Shown one piece after another: positions 11,195 to 20,577 of a DNA stretch of 35,258 bases. Source of the DNA: Octopus bimaculoides (lineage: Eukaryota). The position numbers and the translations under genes were made by a program. The stretch is taken from contig NC_068983.1 of the NCBI RefSeq assembly GCF_001194135.2, positions 3,950,498 to 3,985,755 of the forward strand, given 5' to 3'. Numbering within the stretch: the first letter of the stretch is position 1; each line of letters begins with the position of its first letter. The notes beneath the pieces were generated by a model. The model had not been told where the DNA came from. It saw only the letters and a list, made by a program, of their open reading frames with translations, and did no database searches.

Positions 11195-11400
11195 TAAGAC
11201 TGCGATCTGGTAGAATCGTTGCTGTGCCGGGAAAAATGCATAGCGACACTTCTTCTGACGTTACGTTTTGAGTTCAAACCCCGCCGAGGTCAACTTTGCC
11301 TCTCATCCTTTCGGGGATCGATAAGTACCAACTGAATACGGGGGTTGATGCAATCGACCTACCCTCTTCCTCTACTGACCTTACGCCAAAATTTGCTTTT
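11195..11400 (+). mobile_element. SINE family B
   Basis: GGTAGAATCGTT...CGCCGAGGTCAACTTTGCCTCTCATCCTTTCGGGGATCGATAAGTACC. Confidence 0.82.
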
Positions 11401-11424
11401 GGTCAGTTTCCACTGAACAGAGCT

Positions 11425-11811
11425 CTTTTATTCTTTTATTTGTTTCAGTCATTTGACTGTGGCCATGCTGGAGCACCGCCTTTAGTCTTTCTAAGCCTAG
11501 TACTTATTTTATTGGTCTCTTTTGCCGAACCGCTAAGTTATGGAGACGTAAAGACACCAACATCGGTTGTCAAGCGATGTTGGGGGGACAAACACAGACA
11601 CACAAATAGACAGACATACACACACATATATGACGGGCTTCTTTCAGTTTCCGTCTACCAAATCCACTCACAAGGCTTTGGTCGGCCCGAGGCTATAGTA
11701 GAAGACACTTGCCCAAGGTGCCACGTGGAACTGAACCTGGGACCATGTGGTTGGTAAGCAAGCTACTTTATTTCATAAATATTTGCCTACTACACAGCCA
11801 CTCCTGCGCCT
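11425..11811 (-). mobile_element. SINE family A, full-length
   Basis: Reverse-complement copy with head, core, internal (CA)n and tail. Confidence 0.88.
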
Positions 11812-11999
11812 ATGAGTTATTTATTATCAAAGGATGTTCTAACGGCAAACATCCTCTCGTTTCGTCCAGGTATAACATACAACACATTATCCAATGTTAT
11901 TGTAGGGATTTGGCTGCTATATCTAGCGGGTTTCCTTGCCTCTCATTTCACTTCACTCTCTGCTGTTCTTACAACTTTACACCCACCCACCGCAGACAC

Positions 12000-12300
12000 A
12001 GCGACCAAGGAGACTGCGAGGACGACAACAATAGAAGTGGGAGGTGATTGTTGTAGTGGTGGTGGGAGGAATGGCGGTAGTTGTGGTGAAGGTGAAGTGG
12101 GTGGGGGGAAACTATGGTATGGTGGGGATGGTGGTGTAAGATGACGACGGGAAGATGGAAATCGAGGAAGACGACGATGACGATGATGATGACAGTGATA
12201 GCAGTGGTGATAGTGGTGGACATAGTAGAGAGAAAGAGGGGGGTGGGTAGGTAATGATGGTGGGGGTGGGGGTGGTGGAAGAGGAAGAAACAAATTGTTG
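12000..12300. repeat. (GGT/GAT)n low-complexity tract
   Basis: Directly visible; source of the His/Pro-rich and Gly-rich spurious ORFs. Confidence 0.85.
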
Positions 12301-12379
12301 ACGTTGTTAAAATGTTTGACGCAGCAAACCATTCGTTAAATAAGTACAATAACAACAACAAAGATAAAAAGACTAACGC

Positions 12380-12897
12380 AAACACGCATAATATATATAT
12401 ATATATGTGTATATATATATATATACATATATATATATGTATATATATATATGTGTGTGTATATATATATATATATATATAGATAGATAGATAGATATAT
12501 AGATATGTATATATATATATATATAGATATGTATATATGTATATGTATATATGTATATGTATATATATTGTATATATGCAAGGTCATAGATATACACAAC
12601 TAGAACAGTAAAAAAAAAAGGAACAAAACACTGCAACATTCCAGAAACATCCATTTCTACCCTCCCCCCTCCAAACATAACAAACAAAACATAAAAGAGG
12701 CTCTGACAAATATGTATGAGTGTGTGTGTATGTACGTCTATATATATGTATGCAAGTTTGTGTGTGCGTGTGTGTGAGAATGTATGTGTGTGTGTATATG
12801 TATGTATGTATATATGAGTGTGTGTATCTGTATATGTGTGTGTGACTGTATATATGTATGTGTGCGTGTATGCATGCGGGTTTGTGTATGGGTGTAG

Positions 12898-12949
<52 letters not shown>

Positions 12950-13135
12950 ATGTGTATGCATAGGTGTATCTGCATATGCAAACGGTACGTATGTATGTAT
13001 ATATGTGTGTGTGTATGTATGTGTGTATGTATGTATGCGTGTGCGTATTCACGTGAAAGCGTGTATATTTGTACGTGTTTATATGTATACGTATACGCGT
13101 GGCTGTGAGACGGTATGTATAATTATACGGTTGTG
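12380..13135. repeat. Long compound (TA)/(TAGA)/(TG)/(TATG) microsatellite field
   Basis: Directly visible, with a short non-repeat insert at about 12580-12715. Confidence 0.95.
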
Positions 13136-13174
13136 AGTTCGTTTGTGTGTATGTGAATGAATATCTGCGCGTGA

Positions 13175-13432
13175 GATCATCACCATCACCTGTAGCGTCA
13201 GCGTCCGCAACGCTTTAACGTCCATTTTTCCATGCTTGCTTGTGTCATACAGAAATTGTCGAGGCTGATTTTTATGGCTGGATGCCCTTCCTGTCACCAA
13301 CCCTCGTGTGTTTCCAAACAAAAGAATGTTACTTTGTGGCCAGGTATGATTATTATAATTATTTCTTTTAACAGAAGACCAGGGATGAACAACATAGCGA
13401 TGCTCGTTTACAACCATCACGTGATGTCAAGG
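13175..13432 (-). mobile_element. SINE family C-related 3' segment
   Basis: TTTAACGTCCATTTTTCCATGC...ATGGCTGGATGCCCTTCCTG. Confidence 0.68.
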
Positions 13433-13451
13433 TAAGCGCGCGTTCAGCCAC

Positions 13452-13491
<40 letters not shown>

Positions 13492-13989
13492 TCATCGACC
13501 ACAACTGCTTAACTTCCCAAGCTAACCTGTCATATCTCGACTTTTCTTTCTTCTTTATCGCATACCTTGTTGTCAGCTGGGCATGCTATATCTATGATCC
13601 ATCATCATTTGCTTTCTTTCTCTCTCAATTAAGACTATGTCCGGCTTCCTATTCTCTATCTCATGGTCGCACTTATTATTATTATTATTATTATCATTTT
13701 TAGTAAAGTGGTTTAATGTTAAGTAGATTGTTTGTGAGATCTTTAAGCAAGAATCGAATGCCTAATGCGTTTGCTGACTAATTAAATAAAAGGTTATCCA
13801 CCTACTGGTAAGGAATTTACTTGTCGGTAAACATATAACTACCGGCTTTAGATGAAAAATAAACAACAGTAAAACACAGCGCACAAGTCTTTTCTGTTAA
13901 GTCAATGTTTAGTACAAGGAAGATGACGTCACTGTACAAGCCCAGTGTGTCATTAGATTTACTGATGTCCTTGTTGGCCGCTTCGTTCA

Positions 13990-14400
13990 AGTCATGGCTG
14001 TGTGGTTAAGAAGTTCGCTTTGCAATCACGAGATTACCGGTTCAGTCCCACTGCGCGGCACCTTGAGCAAGTCGTTTCTACTATACTCCGGGCCGAGCAA
14101 TTTCTTGTGAGTGAATTTGGTAGACGGAAACTGTGAGGAAACCTGAGATATATACATGTATGCGTGTGTGTGTTTATGTGTATGTGCGCACGAGTTTGTC
14201 TCCCACCGCTTGACAACCGGTGTTGGTTTGTTTATGCCCTGTAACTTAACGGTTCCACAAAAGAGACCGATAAAATAAGCACCAGACTTAAAAACTTGTA
14301 CTGGGGTCGTTTTGTTCGACTAAACTCTTGCAAGTCGGTGCCCCAGCATGGCCGTAGTCCAAATGACTGGAACAAGTAAAAGATAAAAGATATCTATCTA
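13990..14400 (+). mobile_element. SINE family A, full-length
   Basis: TGGCTGTGTGGTTAAGAAGTTCGC head through GAACAAGTAAAAGATAAAAGA tail. Confidence 0.85.
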
Positions 14401-14431
14401 CCACACATACAAAAAGAAACTCGTACACACG

Positions 14432-14835
14432 GGCGCAGGGGTGGCTGTGTGGTAAGTAACTTGCTTCACAACCACATGGTTCTGGGTTCAGTCCCACTGC
14501 ATGGCACCTTGGGCAAGTGTCTTCTACTATAGCCTCGGGCCGACCAAAGACTTGTGAGCGGATTTGGTAGACGGAAACTGATAGAAGCTTGTCGTATATA
14601 TATGTGTTTGTGTGTGTGTGTGCGCGCATGTCTGGGTGTCTGTGTTTGTCCCCCCCCCCCATCGCTTGACAACCGATGTTGCTGTGTTTACGTATCCGTA
14701 ACTTAGCGGTTCGGCAAAAGACACCGATAGAATAAGAACTAGGCTTACAAAGAATAAGTCCTGGGATCGATTACTTTTACGAAAAAGCGGTGCTCCAGCA
14801 TGGCCGCAGTCAAATGACTGAAACAACTAAAAGAA
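14432..14835 (+). mobile_element. SINE family A, full-length (tandem with previous copy)
   Basis: GCGCAGGGGTGGCTGTGTGGTAAG head through ACTGAAACAACTAAAAGA tail. Confidence 0.88.
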
Positions 14836-14844
14836 CATATCGCC

Positions 14845-15045
14845 AACATCATCATCTGTTTTCCATGCTGGCATGGGTTGGATGGTTTGACACGCTCCAG
14901 TGAGCCAGAGGTTTGCATCAAGCTCGTCTGTTCTGGTATGGTTTCTATGGCTGGATGCTCTAATTAACGCCAACCACTTTATAGAATGGATTGGGTATTT
15001 TTTGTGTGGCACCGACACCAGTGGAGTTACCAAGTACCTTGCACG
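14845..15045 (-). mobile_element. SINE family C 3' end
   Basis: CATCATCATCTGTTTTCCATGCTGGCATGGGTTGGATGG...GGCTGGATGC. Confidence 0.72.
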
Positions 15046-15079
15046 TTAAAGAAAGAGAAGAAAGACGTCCCTCAACTGA

Positions 15080-15570
15080 TTGGGGTTGTGGTGGAAAGGG
15101 AGAAGCATGGGTGCTTTGCTAAAGATGAAATACATGGTTACCCTGCATTATATACGGGTGGATGAGAGTAGCTGGGAAAGCGGCAAAGATGGTGGAGACA
15201 AGATATCAGAGTATGTAGTGAAGATAGGAGAAGGTGAGTGTAAGGGAAATATGGAGATAGAATGAGGAAGGGTGGGAGGATAGGTTTATTAGAGAGAATA
15301 AGAGGAAAGTGGGAGGGGGTAGAGATGATTGTAGCTGAATGATAAACAAGAGCCGAAGGTGTTGTTGAGGGTAAATATCCGAATGAAAAATGGCGAAGAT
15401 GAAAGAAATAGAAGTTGAAGAAAGAGGAGGTGATAAATGGGAGTAGAGGGAAGGGAGGGAGGTGAACAGCAGAATAAATAAATAAGCCTGTAAATAGACC
15501 AAAAGATAGGGAGATGATGTGGAGGGAGAGAGAGTGGAAGAGAGAGAGAGAGATGTGTGCGTGCGTGCGC
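15080..15570. repeat. Purine-rich (GA) low-complexity tract
   Basis: Strong G/A bias on the plus strand; a similar tract lies at 17520-17770. Confidence 0.7.
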
Positions 15571-15571
15571 G

Positions 15572-15995
15572 CACAGCTGTGTAGTTAAGAAGTTCGCTTC
15601 CACTGTGGTTTGAATTTGAACCCCCCCCCACGCTTGATATCTTGAGCAAGTATCTTGGTCTACCAAGGCGTTTTTTGCGAATGGATTTGGTCGACGGAAA
15701 TTGTATATGCATGAGTGTGTTTATGTCACCTTGTCGTGACATTGTGCGTTAATAGTAAACAAATGTCACCGTCATACATACGGTGTCGTTCGTTTGTGAT
15801 CTTGAATGAAATCATGCCCAGCTATTGTGCTATTCGTGTTCGAAGGACCAGATAAATATTTATCTTATTTGGAAACAGGTGAAGGTTGACGACAGGAAAG
15901 GTATCAGGCCGTAGAAAATCTGTCTCAACGAATTTCGTCTAACCCATGCACGCATGGGAAAGAGGACGTTAAAATGATGATGATGATGAAGATGA
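15572..15995 (+). mobile_element. SINE with tRNA-like head and family C (GAT)n tail, ending about 27 nt from the exon 4 donor
   Basis: GCTGTGTAGTTAAGAAGTTCGC head...AACCCATGCACGCATGGGAAAGAGGACGTTAAAATGATGATGATG. Confidence 0.65.
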
Positions 15996-16022
15996 ATGTG
16001 TGAATATGTAAGTTTGACTTAC

Positions 16023-16223
16023 CTAGACCATAGATTATATCAGATGACGATACATGCTTCTGCCAAATTTTAGTATTAAGGAATTGGTGTATACTGGCAC
16101 CGATTGCCATTTGGTGCCCAGTAACGAACATTACTCCGACCGCATCGATGAGATCTTGGATGTTCTGTGGCATTGTATCTGCCAAACAGCCCAGTCGCGA
16201 ACCGAAGAGAACATAACCGACAG
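16023..16223 (-). CDS. Mitochondrial-clan cytochrome P450, exon 4 (E-F-G helices)
   Basis: ttctttatcattcag acceptor; 201 nt, phase 1-1: (S)VGYVLFGSRLGCLADTMPQNIQDLIDAVGVMFVTGHQMAIGASIHQFLNTKIWQKHVSSSDIIYGL; GTAAGT donor. ES..VLFG.RLGCL is typical of mitochondrial-clan P450s. Confidence 0.95.
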
Positions 16224-16340
16224 CTGAATGATAAAGAATCAGAAACCAGTTTTAAAAAGCTTGAAAATTCGGAATTGGTTTGAGAAAATCAATATTTTAA
16301 GTCGAGTTAAATACAAAATTCACAGATTTGAACTACTTAC

Positions 16341-16531
16341 ATTCTGTGGCCCATTTGTAAAGTTCGTTTTGTAATAAGTCGACTGTATTGTCTTCTTTCC
16401 GGATTTTACGTATTCTTGTTAGCAAATCTAACGCTACGGTATTTAACTGGTCTGTATAACATGTAACTGCTTGAGGTCGCATCAATCGTGGGGCGATAGC
16501 ACTGCGGTACTTGTACCACTTGTGATCTGCT
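16341..16531 (-). CDS. Mitochondrial-clan cytochrome P450, exon 3 (C, D and start of E helix)
   Basis: tttgttttgacag acceptor; 191 nt = 1+63 codons+1: ADHKWYKYRSAIAPRLMRPQAVTCYTDQLNTVALDLLTRIRKIRKEDNTVDLLQNELYKWATE; GTAAGT donor; WxxxR motif. Not in the ORF track. Confidence 0.95.
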
Positions 16532-16787
16532 CTGTCAAAACAAATATATATACTTGAGATATTGAAGAAGTGTTTCGAACATAGAATTCTGTTGTGGAAT
16601 TCCTTTAATGGAAAGTATTTTCAGAGTTTAAACTTAATACAGAAGAATGAAACTTTCTCACTCTCACTCTCATGCTGTAAAACTGACCGGAAGTTATCAA
16701 ACCAAACAACATTTATAATGTGGCTGTGTGGTCAGCGAAGTTTACTTCCCGACCACGTGGTCCAGGGTTTATTGGAACAGGTAATTT

Positions 16788-17270
16788 ATTCTTTTATTTT
16801 TTTACTTGTTTCAGTCATTTGACTGCGGCCATGCTGGAGCACTGCCTTATTCTTCGTAAGATTTGTATTTGTTCTATCGGTCGTCTTTAACGAAGCGCTA
16901 AGTTACAGGGACGTAAACAACCAACATCGGTTGTCAAGCGATGGTGGGGGGTGGGGAGAAACACAGACACATACAAATACACACATCTATCTNNNNNNNN
17001 NNNNNNNNNNNNNNNNNNNNNNNNNNNNNNNNNNNNNNNNNNNNNNNNNNNNNNNNNNNNNNNNNNNNNNNNNNNNNNNNNNNNNNNNNNNNNNNNNNNN
17101 NNNNNNNATATATATATATATATATACTAAGGGCTTCTTTCAGTTTCCGTCTACCAAATCCACTCACAAGGCTTTGGTCAACCCGGGGCTATAGTAGAAG
17201 ACACTTGCCCGAGGTACCATGCAGTGGAACCATGTGATTGGGAAGCGAGCTTCTTACCACACAGCCACTC
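16788..17270 (-). mobile_element. SINE family A; internal microsatellite replaced by N gap 16993-17107
   Basis: Tail and 3' half lie left of the gap; core and head (CCACACAGCCACTC) lie right of it. Confidence 0.85.
16993..17107. other. Assembly gap
   Basis: Run of N. Confidence 1.
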
Positions 17271-17319
17271 TTGTGTTTTGTTTTTTGTTTCATTTTCTTT
17301 CCAATCCTCCTCATCACCG

Positions 17320-17450
17320 AACATCCATCTTCCATGGTCAGGACAGTTTGACAGGATCCTACGAGTGCGAAGGTTTGCATTGTACTCTGATGTTTGTTTG
17401 AGCAAAATTTCTATGGCTGTGTGCCCTTCCTAACGTTAACCACTTAACAG
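17320..17450 (-). mobile_element. SINE family C remnant
   Basis: CATCTTCCATGG...TTTCTATGGCTGTGTGCCCTTCCTAACG. Confidence 0.55.
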
Positions 17451-18663
17451 TATGTATTGAGTGCTATCATCATGCAACTCGCAAAACTAAGCCACCCGCT
17501 TCTGACTGAGTGGCGCCACGGTAGAGAGAAAGGTAGCTTTAGGCTACGAGGTGGGAGGCTAAGATGTGAGAGAAAAGCCCAGGACACAACTGATCTCTAC
17601 TCGTATTATAGAAGAGAGGCTGGAACGTGACTAGGTTGAAGGTGGAGAGAGAACTAAAATAATGATGATGAGGTGAGAAGGGAGACGCTAAGGATATTAG
17701 GTAAGAAGAAACAAGGGAACAGAATGTGTGGATGGGTAGAAAAAGAAGGTGAGGGAATTGGTCAGGGAATGACATGTAATATTTTTATTAATTACTCTCA
17801 AAAAAAAAAAAAAGTTATGACTCCAAAATCGAAATAAAAGCGCCTTCGATAAGGTCAAAATGGTGCGTTGAAAGTGGAAGGATTTGATTGGTTAAAATTA
17901 CAAAAATTATTCAACCATCAAACGTTTGTAACTTTTTTTTTATTACTTTATGTGTCAAAAAAAAAATGTTAGAAGTAGCATATCAAAGCGAAAAGATTTG
18001 GTCTACGATCCAAGTAGAGGAACGTCTCCCGAATAGCACTGACAAGGTTTTGGTCGACATGAAGCTACAAGTGTCAGGGGTGCCGAGCAGTGGAATCGAA
18101 CTTGAAACTAAGTAGGTATAAAATAAATTTCTTAGCAACACAACCTGGATGGCGTCTATCGTAGGATGGTCGTGAATCTAAGAAGACAAGATGTCCAAAT
18201 TTGTCCTTTTGATTTAGTCAGTTTTGGGGGACCTGCAACGCTGACTGGTGTTGTTATTCCGCTAAAAGGAGAAAGAATTCTCCTCGCTTCTAGATTTTCG
18301 GTAATTCCAGCATTGAAAATAGATCCAAATTAAATTTAAGAACCTCTACCAGACTTGTTTAGGACTGCGTGTGCATGTGTGTGGGGGTTTTGGTGGAAAG
18401 GCAACTCCCGAAAAAAACAGTTTAATTAATAAACAAGTGCTAATTGTATCCAGCTGAAGAGAAATTTACTGAGAATTGTATAAAGACACACCCTTTAGGA
18501 AGAAATTAATAGCGGTGTGTCGATAGCTTTACGGCATCGATGCCTAACAGTCCAGAACATCAAGGAAGGGGGAAAAAAAAAAAAAAAAACTTCGTTCATT
18601 GAAATTTTATTTCCATTTATTCATGATAACACTAAGGAACAAAAATATATTTATACACACACG

Positions 18664-18694
<31 letters not shown>

Positions 18695-19191
18695 NNNNNN
18701 NNNNNNNNNNNNNNNNNNNNNNNNNNNNNNNNNNNNNNNNNNNNNNNNNNNNNNNNNNNNNNNNNNNNNNNNNNNNNNNNNNNNNNNNNNNNNNNNNNNN
18801 NNNNNNNNNNNNNNNNNNNNNNNNNNNNNNNNNNNNNNNNNNNNNNNNNNNNNNNNNNNNNNNNNNNNNNNNNNNNNNNNNNNNNNNNNNNNNNNNNNNN
18901 NNNNNNNNNNNNNNNNNNNNNNNNNNNNNNNNNNNNNNNNNNNNNNNNNNNNNNNNNNNNNNNNNNNNNNNNNNNNNNNNNNNNNNNNNNNNNNNNNNNN
19001 NNNNNNNNNNNNNNNNNNNNNNNNNNNNNNNNNNNNNNNNNNNNNNNNNNNNNNNNNNNNNNNNNNNNNNNNNNNNNNNNNNNNNNNNNNNNNNNNNNNN
19101 NNNNNNNNNNNNNNNNNNNNNNNNNNNNNNNNNNNNNNNNNNNNNNNNNNNNNNNNNNNNNNNNNNNNNNNNNNNNNNNNNNNNNNNNNNN
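18695..19191. other. Assembly gap flanked by (TA)n
   Basis: Run of N. Confidence 1.
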
Positions 19192-19232
<41 letters not shown>

Positions 19233-19254
19233 GTATGTATATTTATAAATATAT

Positions 19255-19445
19255 AGGCTGTGTGGTAAGTAGCTTGCTTACCAACCACATGGTCCCGGGT
19301 TCAGTTCCACTGCGTAGCACCTTGGGCAAGTGTCTTCTATTATAGCCTCGGACCGACCAAAGCCGTGTGAGTGGATTTGGCAGACAGAAACCCAAAGAAG
19401 CCTGTCGTATATGTATATATATGTATATGTGTGTGTGTATATGTT
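19255..19445 (+). mobile_element. SINE family A, 5' half
   Basis: GGCTGTGTGGTAAGTAGCTTGCTTACC...GAAGCCTGTCG then (TA/TG)n. Confidence 0.85.
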
Positions 19446-19454
19446 TGTATGTTT

Positions 19455-19579
19455 ATCAACCCCGAAAGGATGAAAGGTAAAGTCAACCCCGGCAGGATTT
19501 AAACTCAGAACGTAGCGGCAGACGAAATACTGTTGAGCATTTCGCCCGGCATGCTAACAATTCTGCCAAGCTCGCCGCC

Positions 19580-19613
<34 letters not shown>

Positions 19614-19822
19614 TTTCAAATTTTACCTCAAGGGCAGTCATTTTGGAAGAGGGGATAAGTCGATTACATCGACCCCAGTGTTTCACTGGTACTAAATTAA
19701 TCGACCCCGAAAGGATGAAAGGCAACGTGGAGCTCGGTGGAATTTGAACTCAGAACGTAGTGGCAGACGAAATGCCGCTAAGCATTTCGCCCGATGCGCT
19801 AACGATTCTGCCAGCTGCCACT
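19455..19822 (-). mobile_element. SINE family B tandem pair (19455-19580 partial; 19612-19822) separated and flanked by (TAA)n
   Basis: Two CGACCCCGAAAGGATGAAAGG...CTGCCA copies; (TAA)n at 19581-19610 and 19828-19874. Confidence 0.87.
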
Positions 19823-19828
19823 TTAATC

Positions 19829-19875
<47 letters not shown>

Positions 19876-19885
19876 TCTTACTTAC

Positions 19886-19923
19886 GCCGTCATTAAACCC
19901 GTTTCTTTCTTTCTTAGTTCTTT
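19886..19923 (-). CDS. Mitochondrial-clan cytochrome P450, exon 2 (3' end only; remainder in N gap 19924-20471)
   Basis: Minus strand reads KELRKKETGLMT+GC then a GTAAGT donor. GC plus the first A of exon 3 gives Ala and GLMTAADHKWYKYR, in frame and matching the residues expected before the C-helix WxxxR. Confidence 0.85.
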
Positions 19924-20471
19924 NNNNNNNNNNNNNNNNNNNNNNNNNNNNNNNNNNNNNNNNNNNNNNNNNNNNNNNNNNNNNNNNNNNNNNNNNNNNN
20001 NNNNNNNNNNNNNNNNNNNNNNNNNNNNNNNNNNNNNNNNNNNNNNNNNNNNNNNNNNNNNNNNNNNNNNNNNNNNNNNNNNNNNNNNNNNNNNNNNNNN
20101 NNNNNNNNNNNNNNNNNNNNNNNNNNNNNNNNNNNNNNNNNNNNNNNNNNNNNNNNNNNNNNNNNNNNNNNNNNNNNNNNNNNNNNNNNNNNNNNNNNNN
20201 NNNNNNNNNNNNNNNNNNNNNNNNNNNNNNNNNNNNNNNNNNNNNNNNNNNNNNNNNNNNNNNNNNNNNNNNNNNNNNNNNNNNNNNNNNNNNNNNNNNN
20301 NNNNNNNNNNNNNNNNNNNNNNNNNNNNNNNNNNNNNNNNNNNNNNNNNNNNNNNNNNNNNNNNNNNNNNNNNNNNNNNNNNNNNNNNNNNNNNNNNNNN
20401 NNNNNNNNNNNNNNNNNNNNNNNNNNNNNNNNNNNNNNNNNNNNNNNNNNNNNNNNNNNNNNNNNNNNNNN
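19924..20471. other. Assembly gap containing most of P450 exon 2
   Basis: Run of N that begins inside the open P450 reading frame. Confidence 1.
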
Positions 20472-20577
20472 ATATATATCTATAATTTTAATAATAATAA
20501 AGGGGTAAAATTAATTAATTAATTATTCTTTAGTCTCGTAAAACAAATCTTTTTCATCTTATTTCTTTCTTTGTCTA

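Noticed and set aside
11296-11757. 153-aa ORF and similar ORFs reading HLPKVPRSGTEPGTMW
   Set aside because: Antisense readings of the non-coding family A SINE, recurring in many copies.
11943-12385. His/Pro/Gly-rich ORFs
   Set aside because: (GGT/GAT)n low-complexity DNA with no splice or domain support.
15206-15742. 178-aa Leu/Ser-rich minus-strand ORF
   Set aside because: Reverse complement of a GA-rich low-complexity tract plus a SINE head.
19581-19874. Idea that family B SINEs are mobilised by the Dong-like LINE because both associate with TAA repeats
   Set aside because: On their sense strands the SINE tail is (ATT)n and the LINE tail is (TAA)n, opposite strands of the repeat, and no shared 3' end is visible.
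18517-20485. ORFs of 218-248 aa
   Set aside because: They are open only because they cross N gaps.
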